Shown here piece after piece: positions 35,324 to 44,325 of a DNA stretch of 64,000 bases. The position numbers and the translations under genes are program-made. The notes under the pieces are model-generated. The model was given only the letters and a program-made list of their open reading frames with translations. It had not been told where the DNA came from and ran no database searches. This DNA comes from Terrimicrobiaceae bacterium (GTDB lineage: Bacteria > Verrucomicrobiota > Verrucomicrobiia > Chthoniobacterales > Terrimicrobiaceae), in NCBI GenBank assembly GCA_041752695.1, contig JBGSVZ010000016.1:1-64000 (forward strand), read 5' to 3'. Position 1 is the first letter of the stretch. The number at the start of each line of letters is the position of its first letter.

Positions 35324-36037
35324 ATGCCGTCCCTGTCCCTTGTCATTCCCTGCCGCAATGAATCGGCCCGTCTTCCCGCGACGCTGCGGGCGGTGACCGG
35401 CTGGCTGGCCGACCGCGAGTTGGAGGTCATCATCGTGGTGGAGAAAAGCACAGACGAGACCGCGGAGCTGGCCCGGCGCCAGGAGGCGGAGGATCCCCGC
35501 TTCCGTGCGATCTGCAATTCCGTGTCGCGGGGCAAGGGCTTTGCGGTGAAAACCGGCATGCTGGCGGCCACGGGTGACATCGTCTTTTTTATGGACGCGG
35601 ATCTCAGCGTGCCGCTGCGGTTTATTGACGCCTTCCTGCCGTATTTTGAGAACGCTGACGTGGTCTTCGGGAGTCGTCAGCATCCCGAGACGGTCATTCC
35701 CATCAGTCAGCCGTTTTTCCGGGTTTTTTACGGGAGAATTTTTAATCTGGCTTTGCGGATCTGCGGGGCGACATCCTTCAAGGACACGCAATGTGGGTTC
35801 AAAGCCTTCCGCCGGGAGGCGGCGCAGGCCGTGTTTTCTCGGCTGACGCTTGATGGCTTCGGGTTTGATGTCGAAGCCATGGCCCTGGCCGAATCGATGC
35901 GGTTGCGCATCGTCGAGCGACCGGTGGAATGGAGTGATGCACCCGGCACCAAGGTGCGCGCGCTACGCGATGGCACCCGTGCGTTTTTTGAGGCGGTGGC
36001 TGCCGCGAAGCGTGCGCAGAAAAAACTGAAACTCTGA
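35324..36037 (+). CDS. GT2 polyprenyl/dolichyl-phosphate glycosyltransferase (Dol-P-Glc synthase-like)
   Basis: SLVIPCRNE, GKGFAVKTG, FMDADLS, GSR, DTQCGFKAF, FDVE. Confidence 0.88.
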   Translation: MPSLSLVIPCRNESARLPATLRAVTGWLADRELEVIIVVEKSTDETAELARRQEAEDPRFRAICNSVSRGKGFAVKTGMLAATGDIVFFMDADLSVPLRFIDAFLPYFENADVVFGSRQHPETVIPISQPFFRVFYGRIFNLALRICGATSFKDTQCGFKAFRREAAQAVFSRLTLDGFGFDVEAMALAESMRLRIVERPVEWSDAPGTKVRALRDGTRAFFEAVAAAKRAQKKLKL

Positions 36038-36061
36038 AACGCGGAAACCCCGTCCGCCGAT

Positions 36062-36089
36062 CTCCCAACTTCGAACTCCCAACTCCCAT
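36062..36089. repeat. Degenerate heptamer repeat abutting the pdxJ start
   Basis: CTCCCAA CTTCGAA CTCCCAA CTCCCAT. Confidence 0.6.
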
Positions 36090-36828
36090 GATTGATCTCG
36101 GCGTAAATATCGACCACGTGGCGACACTTCGGCAGGCCCGCTACCGGGAGACTCCGGGTGCCTTTAATGCCGAACCGGATCCCGTCGAGGCGGCCCTGGT
36201 GGCTGAGCGGGCCGGAGCGCTGGGCATCACCGCACATTTGCGCCAGGACCGGCGTCATATTTTGGATCGGGATATTTTTGCCCTGCGGGAGAAGGTCACG
36301 ACCAAGCTGAATCTGGAAATGGGAAATTCCCCCGAGATCGTCGAGATTGCCCTCCGGGTGCTCCCGCACGATGTCTGTCTGGTCCCGGAAAACCGCCGGG
36401 AGGTCACGACCGAGGGCGGGTTGGATTGTGCCTCCCAGCGGGCGAAAACCCTTCTCCGGCCCACGCTGGAGCGGTTGCGGGAGAAGGCCATCGTGATCAG
36501 CCTCTTCATCGATCCGGAGGAACCGCAAATCGCGGCGGCGGCGGACTTGGGGGCGGATTTTGTGGAGCTGCACACCGGGGCCTATGCCAACAGTCTGGGC
36601 GCAGATCGGGAGACGGAGCTGCAGCGCCTGGTCGCGGGTGCCGAACTGGCCCATGCCGCGGGGCTCAAGGTGAACGCGGGCCATGGAATCAATTACGAAA
36701 ACATCACCGACGTGCTGCGCATTCCCCATCTGGTGGAACTCAATATCGGGCATTCGATCATTTCCCGGGCGGTTTCCACCGGACTCGACAGCGCTGTGCG
36801 GGAGATGTTGCGGCTGATGCGGCTTTGA
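36088..36828 (+). CDS. pdxJ: Pyridoxine 5'-phosphate synthase
   Basis: LGVNIDHVATLRQAR, DRRHI, EVTTEGGLD, ELHTG, NAGHG, ELNIGHSII. Confidence 0.97.
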   Translation: MIDLGVNIDHVATLRQARYRETPGAFNAEPDPVEAALVAERAGALGITAHLRQDRRHILDRDIFALREKVTTKLNLEMGNSPEIVEIALRVLPHDVCLVPENRREVTTEGGLDCASQRAKTLLRPTLERLREKAIVISLFIDPEEPQIAAAADLGADFVELHTGAYANSLGADRETELQRLVAGAELAHAAGLKVNAGHGINYENITDVLRIPHLVELNIGHSIISRAVSTGLDSAVREMLRLMRL

Positions 36829-37003
36829 ACCACGGATGATCCCTCAAGGGCACTGATAGGTTGGGATGGAAAAATCACAGGACAACCGCAGATCGCGCGG
36901 AGGCCGGAATCGATGTGCGTGGTTTCTACCCGGCATCTCCATCCGTGCAATCCGCGGTCTTCTCTTCCGTTCGTTTAGTGTCCTTTAGTGCAGATTAGTG
37001 GTT
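36828..37003. repeat. Intergenic REP-like element (AACCACGGATG ... ATCCGTG ... GTGGTT)
   Basis: Starts AACCACGGATG and contains ATCCGTGCAATCCGCGGT. Ends in 3 x 10-mer (T/A)TTAGTGnnn with terminal GTGGTT complementary to the 5' AACCAC. Confidence 0.6.
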
Positions 37004-37010
37004 TACCCGC

Positions 37011-38162
37011 ATGGACTTTGACCAATTTCTCACCCGCGAACTCCAACGCATCGAGGAGGCGGGTTTGCTGCGGTCCTTGCGCATATTGGAGTCACCGCAG
37101 GGTGCGCGCGTGCTTTGCAATGGGCAGCCCCTGGTCAATTTTTCATCGAATGACTATCTCGGCCTGGCGGCTCATCCACGACTTCGTGAGGCGGCCCGGA
37201 ATGCGCTGGAAGAAGCCGGAACCGGGGCGGGCGCGTCGAGGCTGGTTTGTGGCAATCATCGGGAACACGAACTTTTGGAAGACGCGCTGGCGCGATTCAA
37301 GGGCACCGAGTCCGCGCTGACATTCTCCACCGGCTACGCGGCGGCGCTGGGCGTGATTCCTGCGGTGGTCGGCTCGGGAGACGTCGTCATCCTGGACAAA
37401 CTTTGCCATGCCTGCCTGGTGGACGGGGCGAGGCTAAGTGGTGCGGCGCTAAGGGTGTTCCCTCACAACAACCTGGAAAAACTCGAAAGCCATCTCCGAT
37501 GGGCAAGGGAGAAACACCCTTCCTCTCGCGTGCTGGTGGGGGTGGAGTCGGTGTACAGTATGGACGGCGACCGGGCGCCTTTGCGGGAGATGGTCGCCCT
37601 CAAGGAACGTCATGGGGCGTGGTTGATGGTGGACGAAGCGCATGGCGTGGGCGTGATCGGGCCGGCCGGCCGTGGACTGGCAGACGAACTCGGGGTGGGC
37701 GAACAAATCGAGATCCAAATGGGCACGCTGGGCAAGGCGCTGGGCTCATCCGGGGCCTACCTCTGCGGCAGTTCGGCGTTGCGCGAATATCTGATCAATC
37801 GCGCCCGGAGCTTCATTTTTTCCACGGCACCGGGCCCAGCCACCGCGGCGGCCTCCCGGGCGTCGGTGGAGGTTTTATCCTCTGCCGAGGGGACGGGGCT
37901 GCTCGAACGCTTGTGGACAAACATCCGCGCGATGGGCGAGGGGCTGGCGGGGGCGAGGACGGAAAGTGCCATTTTTCCGGTGGTGATTGGCGGAGAACTC
38001 GAGGCCGTCGAACGCTCGCGGGTGTTGCAGGAAGCGGGCTTTCTGGTCCCGGCCATTCGGTATCCCACCGTGTCGCGAGGATCGGCCCGGCTGCGGATCG
38101 CGCTCAGCGCGGCGCATGAGCTTTCGGAAATTCATCGCCTCGTCGAGGCGCTCCGCTATTGA
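37011..38162 (+). CDS. bioF: 8-amino-7-oxononanoate synthase
   Basis: FSSNDYLGL, GAGASRLVCG, ESVYSMDGD, DEAH, GTLGKALG, AIRYPTV. Confidence 0.95.
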   Translation: MDFDQFLTRELQRIEEAGLLRSLRILESPQGARVLCNGQPLVNFSSNDYLGLAAHPRLREAARNALEEAGTGAGASRLVCGNHREHELLEDALARFKGTESALTFSTGYAAALGVIPAVVGSGDVVILDKLCHACLVDGARLSGAALRVFPHNNLEKLESHLRWAREKHPSSRVLVGVESVYSMDGDRAPLREMVALKERHGAWLMVDEAHGVGVIGPAGRGLADELGVGEQIEIQMGTLGKALGSSGAYLCGSSALREYLINRARSFIFSTAPGPATAAASRASVEVLSSAEGTGLLERLWTNIRAMGEGLAGARTESAIFPVVIGGELEAVERSRVLQEAGFLVPAIRYPTVSRGSARLRIALSAAHELSEIHRLVEALRY

Positions 38163-38196
38163 GACAATTTGCCAGGGAAGGAGGGCGCTGCCTGTC

Positions 38197-38895
38197 TTAG
38201 GGCGCGCTGGGAACCCCGGTCGGAACCCCTCCAGGAATCCCCGGAAGACTCGGTGCCAGACCCGCAGCGGACTGGACGGCCGATCCGCCGGCAGACATCA
38301 CCGGCTGGACGAACGAACTGCCGGGACCGGAGAAAGGAACAAAATTGCCCATCCCACCCGGACCCGAAAAAAGTTTGCGTCCGGGTTCCTCGGTCCCCTT
38401 CGCTTGGTCATTCCCGGCTGCCTCCGAAGTTTCCGCCGTGTCGCCACCCTTTTTTTTCTGGTCGGTCTGGGTCATCTCAAATGCAGTGATGATCGGCTGA
38501 AAGACCGCAATTTCGCCCAGTTGAATCTCGATGGCCGAGTTGTCGGAGGCGGACTTTTTCGAATCGCCCTGTTCGTCGTTTCCTTTCTGTTCTTCGAGAG
38601 CATCCTTGCGCTCGGACCAGAGACGTCCGTCGTTGGACCGATCCTTCTGCAGGCCGAATTTTTTGAAATCGCTCTCCCCCAGCAGCGCGATGGGGATTTT
38701 CAGGATGCCCGAATCATTGGAAATCTTCAGGGTGTAGTCGTCCGTGAGGGTGACGATGCCAAAGAAACTCTGGCCGTCCATTTTGGTGACCTTTTCCTTT
38801 TTTGGGACAGACGGGGTCTCGGCAGGGGTTTGCGCCAACGTAATGCTGGTGGCGAGCGTGCCGCAGACGAGAAGGGACCAGAGAGTGCGTTTCAT
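38197..38895 (-). CDS. Secreted hypothetical protein
   Basis: Signal peptide MKRTLWSLLVCGTLATSITLA, a small globular region, then a low-complexity Gly/Pro tail. Confidence 0.7.
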   Translation of the reverse strand: MKRTLWSLLVCGTLATSITLAQTPAETPSVPKKEKVTKMDGQSFFGIVTLTDDYTLKISNDSGILKIPIALLGESDFKKFGLQKDRSNDGRLWSERKDALEEQKGNDEQGDSKKSASDNSAIEIQLGEIAVFQPIITAFEMTQTDQKKKGGDTAETSEAAGNDQAKGTEEPGRKLFSGPGGMGNFVPFSGPGSSFVQPVMSAGGSAVQSAAGLAPSLPGIPGGVPTGVPSAP

Positions 38896-38945
38896 GCCGA
38901 ACCTGATGGGACAATTTCCTGCGAAAAGCGGTCTTCCGCAACACT

Positions 38946-39761
38946 TTAGTTGTCCGCAAAGGCGGCAACTTGGTCGATGATGACGTCGGCCATGGCGGGC
39001 TCGGTCCCGATGGCGCTGGCGTAGAAAAGTCGACGCCCGCGCAGATTGTAGGGATTGCGGCGAAAAACCTCCGCCTGACTGGCGGCGACGCCGGTGGTCT
39101 GTTCGATGCCCAGCAGCACCGGGATATCTTCGTAGCTGTGCAGTCCGTCCGCGATGAAAAACGGGACGACCACCACGTTCGGTTGGGTGGAGAGCGTGTC
39201 CCAATCGGAAATCAGGGGGGCTTCCTCCATGTACGTGGAAATGACCTCAGCGTATTCGCCCATCGCGGCAATTTTCGCGACCTGTTCCTTGGCCGCGGCG
39301 GCGGAATTGTCGTTCAGATTGGTCCCGTGGCCCACAATAAAAAGGCTCGTCTCGGACGGGGGAATGCCAGGCGCCGTTTCCCGGGCGCGGTGCAGCAAGG
39401 CCTCGGTCATGCGCGGATGGCTGCCCACCGGGGCGCAATAGTGGAGTGTATGCCGTCCAAGGCGGGTGACTGGCCCGGTGATCTCCATCTCCCGGGGGAT
39501 GACGGTGCGGGTGAAATAGCCTTCGCTGATAAAGTTGGGCACCACGAACACGTCGTCGCTTTCCACCATGCGCAGCACTTCGCGCAGGGAGGGGTCTTCT
39601 TTCCAAAAACACGAAAACACTTCGCGGAAAAGCCCTCGCTCGCGAATCGTGCGGGCATGATCATGGGTCGGGGCGCTGGAATCGGGATTCACGGTCGAAC
39701 CGTGGCCGACGATCACGAGGGCACTTTCCGCAAAGCGGGTGGACGGGGATGGCGATGTCAT
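38946..39761 (-). CDS. CbiX/SirB-like chelatase-fold protein (two-domain)
   Basis: Two HG motifs (IVGHGS, IVGHGT), VVPNFISEGYF and VVPFFIADGLHS. Confidence 0.8.
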   Translation of the reverse strand: MTSPSPSTRFAESALVIVGHGSTVNPDSSAPTHDHARTIRERGLFREVFSCFWKEDPSLREVLRMVESDDVFVVPNFISEGYFTRTVIPREMEITGPVTRLGRHTLHYCAPVGSHPRMTEALLHRARETAPGIPPSETSLFIVGHGTNLNDNSAAAAKEQVAKIAAMGEYAEVISTYMEEAPLISDWDTLSTQPNVVVVPFFIADGLHSYEDIPVLLGIEQTTGVAASQAEVFRRNPYNLRGRRLFYASAIGTEPAMADVIIDQVAAFADN

Positions 39762-39834
39762 GGGTAAATTATGGGAAGGTACGCGGCCAACCGGACTCTG
39801 GCTGCAAAATCCGCAGGGCGAAGAGCGGGCGACC

Positions 39835-40995
39835 TTAGGGCTCAAGCAGGTCTTGGCAGACCCGCGCGGCGTCGAAATGGTTCTCCGCGTAGGCCCTCGC
39901 CGCCTCGGAATGGTGCGCGTAATTTTGGGAAACTTTTTCGATGCCCGAAACCGCCTCCTCCAGCGTGGAAAATGCCAGGGCCCCGTCTCCACTCGGCAGG
40001 TGGTCACTCCACCCCGTGTCCTGCACCACGACCGGCTTTCCGGCGGCCAGGTAACACGCGCTGCGGCAACTGAACCAGCCGCTCCGGGACTTCACATAGC
40101 CGTTTTTCGCGATGCTCCACTCGGCTTTGCTGGCCGAGAGGAAATCGTGGTAGGTTGCATAATCCGGAAGGTGGTCATCCGGTTCGATGATGGTCCACCC
40201 GAGAGATTCCAATTTCTCCGTCGGCCGGTTTTTTCCGGGACCCTGACCCATCGCCAGGACAAATTTTTCCGACGTTCGGGAAGGCAGGTCCAAAAAGCGG
40301 AGAAACTCGATGTCTTTCTGGCCGTAGGTTTCCCCCTCAAATTCCTCGGGTTTGTAACTGGCCCAGTTCATCACCGTCGTCCAGGCGTTCGCGGCCACGG
40401 ACGGATTGGTGGGAGGGCTAGAGGGTTTCCAAAGGTCGAGAGCAATGGGCTGGACGGTGGGCCGCCAGGTGAGGCCGGCCGTGGGGACCTTGCATCCGGG
40501 CTTACCAAGATTCAGGCCAAAGCTGTAGTGCCGTTCGTGCGCCAGCACCCGTTGCAAATATTCGGGCTTCGACTCGTTGAGTTTGGTCTGGGTGAACATC
40601 GGATCGCCATCCAGGAAAAGTTTGGTGGGCACGGCGGCTGTGAGGGGACGCAGCCAGCAGGCCCCGGAGACGTTGGCGAGGACATCGGCGCTGGCGAGAA
40701 TTTTTTCCGCCTCCGCCTCGTTGGCGACGCCGTGGTATTGGCCGTCCGGCTCGTTGCGGTAGATCCATCGGTCGCCCATGTCGAATTTCCGCATGATGCG
40801 GTCGAGGTAGGCAACATTGTGCGAACAATCCGCGCTCGGCTCTTGCTTGACGGGATCGTAGGCCCAGTTCGCCGAATCCTCCAAATACCACACATCGTGG
40901 CCGAGGGCTTTGAAGCCGAGAACATACTGGATGTAATCCCACGTCACGCCCCCAAAGGCGTATTGGCCGATCAGTCCGGTGACAACGATGCGCAT
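39835..40995 (-). CDS. Putative glycosyltransferase (GT-B-like)
   Basis: GGVTWDYIQYVLGF...GHDVWYLED and C-terminal GWFSCRSACYLAAGKPVVVQDTG. Confidence 0.65.
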   Translation of the reverse strand: MRIVVTGLIGQYAFGGVTWDYIQYVLGFKALGHDVWYLEDSANWAYDPVKQEPSADCSHNVAYLDRIMRKFDMGDRWIYRNEPDGQYHGVANEAEAEKILASADVLANVSGACWLRPLTAAVPTKLFLDGDPMFTQTKLNESKPEYLQRVLAHERHYSFGLNLGKPGCKVPTAGLTWRPTVQPIALDLWKPSSPPTNPSVAANAWTTVMNWASYKPEEFEGETYGQKDIEFLRFLDLPSRTSEKFVLAMGQGPGKNRPTEKLESLGWTIIEPDDHLPDYATYHDFLSASKAEWSIAKNGYVKSRSGWFSCRSACYLAAGKPVVVQDTGWSDHLPSGDGALAFSTLEEAVSGIEKVSQNYAHHSEAARAYAENHFDAARVCQDLLEP

Positions 40996-41052
40996 GGTCG
41001 CGACGCTAGAGGGCGCGGTGCCTGTCGGCAAGTCGATGCAGATCGGATGGTG

Positions 41053-42132
41053 CTACGGGAGTTCTTCGTCGAAACAAACCGCGACCTTGCCACATTTTCC
41101 CGAGGCCATCAGAGCGTAGGCTTCATCGACGTTCTCCAAGGCGAAACGATGGGTGATGAGATCGGCCGGATGCAGGTTCCAACGGACGAGTCGTTCCACC
41201 AGTTCCATCATTTTCCAGGTGGAGGTGACCCAGGAACCCAAGAGCGATTTCTGATCATGGATCATGTCGGGAGAGGGATTCATCTCCATCCGCCCTCCCT
41301 CGCCGATCATGACCATTTTGCCCCATTTTCGGGTGGCGCGAATGGCCAGGGATCGCGCGGTATGGTGGGCGGAACACTCGACGGCCCGCTCCACACCGTG
41401 ACCTCCGGTGAGGAGCCGGACTTCGTTCTCCGTGTCCGGCCCGGCCAGAAGCACTTCGTCACAAAGGTTCAGGTCCCGGGCAATAGCGTTGCGTTCGGGC
41501 AGGGCATCCACGCCGATGATTTTTTGAGCGCCGAGCTTGCGGCAGAGCGCCGCGGCAGCCAGACCGACGGGGCCGAGTCCCGTGATCAAAACCCGGTCGT
41601 TGCCGCTGATGCCAATCTTCTCAAGGCCCTCATAGACTGTGCCAAAGCCGCAGGCGATCTGCGCGCCGTCGGCGTAGCTTAGTTCGTCTGGCAAATGGAT
41701 CAGATCCTTTTCCTCGGCGAGAAGATAGCCGGCCATCCCTCCGTCCCGCTGCCAGCCGTAGGCGCGACGCAGGGTGGGGTGGGTGCAGGAGATCATATAT
41801 CCGCGGCGGCAGTCGTAACAGAGTCCGCAGCCCGAGATATGGTAAACGATCACGCGGTCGCCTTTTTGGAACTGACGGCATCCGGGGCCCGTGGCGAGCA
41901 CCTGCCCCGCGGGTTCGTGTCCGGCAATCCTTCCCGCCTGGTAACCCTCCGGTCCTTTTCCCAAGTGCTCGTGATAGATACAGCGGATATCCGAGCCACA
42001 GATCGTGGAGGCTTTGACGCGAAGGAGGACTTCTCCGGGGCCTGGAGTGGGGACGTGGAATTCCTTGAGTTCGGTCGTGCTGTTTCCGGGCAGCACAGCG
42101 CCTTGCATTTGGTCGGGGATTGTCGGGGTCAT
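41053..42132 (-). CDS. Zinc-dependent medium-chain (polyol/sugar) dehydrogenase
   Basis: ICGSD, GHEPAG, CGLCYDC...C zinc motif, GLGPVG. Confidence 0.93.
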   Translation of the reverse strand: MTPTIPDQMQGAVLPGNSTTELKEFHVPTPGPGEVLLRVKASTICGSDIRCIYHEHLGKGPEGYQAGRIAGHEPAGQVLATGPGCRQFQKGDRVIVYHISGCGLCYDCRRGYMISCTHPTLRRAYGWQRDGGMAGYLLAEEKDLIHLPDELSYADGAQIACGFGTVYEGLEKIGISGNDRVLITGLGPVGLAAAALCRKLGAQKIIGVDALPERNAIARDLNLCDEVLLAGPDTENEVRLLTGGHGVERAVECSAHHTARSLAIRATRKWGKMVMIGEGGRMEMNPSPDMIHDQKSLLGSWVTSTWKMMELVERLVRWNLHPADLITHRFALENVDEAYALMASGKCGKVAVCFDEELP

Positions 42133-42139
42133 GGGGTGA

Positions 42140-43171
42140 TTATTGGCAGATGGTTCCGTCAAGATCCCAAAGGTCCTCCCAGCCTGAGGCGCCCTCCCAG
42201 AGGAAGACCTGCCCCTTGATGAGACGGCAGTTCCGGTCGATCCGGGAGAGGGCTTCCATCTCGCTGGGCGTCAACGGATCCTCGGTCACCGCCCGCAGAT
42301 TTGCGGTGTAATTGCGCGGATTTGTCGACATGGGGATGGGGATCTGGCCGCGCTGCACGGCCCATTTGATGCACACCGTGGCGGGATGAGTGCCGTGGGC
42401 TTTGGCGATGGAAACCACCACAGGATCCTCGAGGTCCACGGTGTCTACGGCGGTCCGATCGCGCTCGGGCCGTCCAGGGGACCCGAGCGGACAGTAGCCG
42501 ATGGGCACCATGTGGTTGCTCCGAACAAAGTCAAAAAGGTCCTGCTGTTGGAAGTGGGGGTGCAGTTCCATCTCGTTGGCGGCCGGCGGGACCGACGCGT
42601 CGCGCAGGAGGAGTTCCAGCTTCGGCCGTGTCATGTTGGAAGTGCCGATGTTGCGGACGAGACCCAGGGCGAGAAGTTTTTCCATGGCTTCCCAGGTTTT
42701 CATAAAGTCTGCATGGACGTAGGGCCGGGCTTCCGCGCTGCGGGAATCCACCAGGCATCCCGGAGGGTGAAAATTCGGGAAAGGCCAGTGCACGAAGTAA
42801 AGATCGATATAGTCCAACCGCAGCATTTCCAAGGATCGCTGGCAGGCCGCGATGACGTCATCGGGCCGGTGGTGGTCGTTCCAGACCTTGGAATTGATCC
42901 AGAGGTCTGCACGGGGCACCCCTGACCGCATGACCTGCTCCAGAGACCGGCCGATGAAGTCTTCGTTACCGTAAACTTCCGCGCAGTCGATGTGGCGGTA
43001 GCCAACCTCCGCCGCGCCAATGACGGCCTCCGCCACCTGCTCGTGGGTGACATGATCAGAGCCAAAGGTCCCGATCCCGACGACAGGAATCGCGCCCTGC
43101 GGCATGGCGTGGCGGGGCACGGAGAGACCGCCGGAGGGGGGCGAGAAGTTTTTATCCACGAGCCAAAGCAT
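42140..43171 (-). CDS. Aldo/keto reductase
   Basis: GIGTFG, GYRHIDCAEVYGNE, SKVWN, LDYIDLYFVHWP, NEMELHP. Start uncertain. Confidence 0.93.
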   Translation of the reverse strand: MLWLVDKNFSPPSGGLSVPRHAMPQGAIPVVGIGTFGSDHVTHEQVAEAVIGAAEVGYRHIDCAEVYGNEDFIGRSLEQVMRSGVPRADLWINSKVWNDHHRPDDVIAACQRSLEMLRLDYIDLYFVHWPFPNFHPPGCLVDSRSAEARPYVHADFMKTWEAMEKLLALGLVRNIGTSNMTRPKLELLLRDASVPPAANEMELHPHFQQQDLFDFVRSNHMVPIGYCPLGSPGRPERDRTAVDTVDLEDPVVVSIAKAHGTHPATVCIKWAVQRGQIPIPMSTNPRNYTANLRAVTEDPLTPSEMEALSRIDRNCRLIKGQVFLWEGASGWEDLWDLDGTICQ

Positions 43172-43205
43172 AATGGGGGCGGGCGGGTCCGGGGAATGGA
43201 GCGTG

Positions 43206-43233
43206 TTGACATTATGATGGATATTTTTAACCT
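43206..43233 (+). promoter_or_regulatory. Candidate sigma70 promoter for the AraC gene
   Basis: TTGACA-N16-TAACCT. Confidence 0.55.
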
Positions 43234-43239
43234 CCCGAA

Positions 43240-44112
43240 GTGTCTGCCATGGAGCCACTCCCTCCCTTTGTCGCCCGTCGTGTGATCCGTGGACGATACG
43301 TCTTTTCTCCATCCGGAGGGCGGGTGGCGCCCCGCTCGATCAGGGTGGTCTGTGCCGGGTATGAGGAGTGTTCAGCCGATTACGAGTTGGAACGGGAGAA
43401 TTTTCCCTACGCAGCGGTGGAGTATATTTCCGGCGGAATGTGGGAACTGGCTTCCGGCGGCAGGGTTTGGAAATTGGAACCCGGGATGATCTTTACCTAC
43501 GGACCGGGGGTTTCTTACACGATCCGGGCGCGTTCGCGGGTCGGATTGCGCAAGTATTTCGTGGATTTTGAGGGACCCGACGTGGCGGGAGTCATGAGGC
43601 GGGCGGGCCTGAATCCGGGCGTGCCCGAGAGGCTGGCGCATCCTCGCTGGCTGCAGGATCTGATGGAGCAGCTGATCGATACGGCCCGTCTGAAATCTCC
43701 GAAACGGCAAAAGTTGGGATCGATTCTCGCCGGCCTGATCCTGACGCGACTGCCCATGGACCGGGAAGTGGGGGGATCGCAGCAAATGGCCTCACGTTTG
43801 AGTTACGATCGCTGCCGGGAATATCTTTCCCGTCATTATCTGGAGATTAAGGATTTTGCCCTCGCTGCAAAAATGTGCGGTGTCTCGCCGGTGCACATGT
43901 GCCGCCTGTTTCGCCGTTACGCCGGGGAGACTCCGCATGTCTTCGTGACGCGGCTCAAGATCAATCACGCTGCCGAACTCATTGTCCGTGGGGATGTGGC
44001 GGTCAAGGCCGCCGCCCTGGAAGTGGGCTACGCCGACCCGTATCATTTTTCGCGAGTTTTCAAGGCGATGCATGGCCAGGCGCCCTCGAAATTTCGCGGC
44101 GGACGTCCCTGA
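43240..44112 (+). CDS. AraC-family transcriptional regulator (cupin-type sensor)
   Basis: C-terminal AAKMCGVSPVHMCRLFRR...VGYADPYHFSRVFK. Divergent from the AKR/ADH pair. Confidence 0.92.
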   Translation: MSAMEPLPPFVARRVIRGRYVFSPSGGRVAPRSIRVVCAGYEECSADYELERENFPYAAVEYISGGMWELASGGRVWKLEPGMIFTYGPGVSYTIRARSRVGLRKYFVDFEGPDVAGVMRRAGLNPGVPERLAHPRWLQDLMEQLIDTARLKSPKRQKLGSILAGLILTRLPMDREVGGSQQMASRLSYDRCREYLSRHYLEIKDFALAAKMCGVSPVHMCRLFRRYAGETPHVFVTRLKINHAAELIVRGDVAVKAAALEVGYADPYHFSRVFKAMHGQAPSKFRGGRP

Positions 44113-44178
44113 GAATGGCCGGAAGCGTGCGCCCGCGTCCCCGTCATTTCACGATGATGCCCTTTGGGTCCGGGGTAA

Positions 44179-44261
44179 TCGGCTCGGCGGGACTCGAACC
44201 CGCACGGTATTTCTACCAGCAGATTTTAAGTCTGCTGTGTCTGCCATTTCACCACGAGCCG
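44179..44261 (-). tRNA. tRNA-Leu (anticodon TAA), CCA not encoded
   Basis: CGGCTCG/CGAGCCG acceptor stem, D arm TGGTGAAATGGCAGACAC, anticodon arm GCAGA-CTTAAAA-TCTGC, long variable arm, GGTTCGAGTCC T arm. Confidence 0.95.
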
Positions 44262-44325
44262 GAATAAAGGAGCGTGCCAGAAAGTTCGGGCAAAGGCCAG
44301 CCTCAAGGGAGTCCGAACCTTCCCG

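Noticed and set aside
39739..41682. 647-aa plus-strand ORF
   Set aside because: Antisense to the glycosyltransferase-like and Zn-dehydrogenase genes, with no domain signature.
41053..44261. Genomic island integrated at the tRNA-Leu 3' end (ADH-AKR-AraC)
   Set aside because: No duplicated tRNA 3' fragment or integrase was found by eye.
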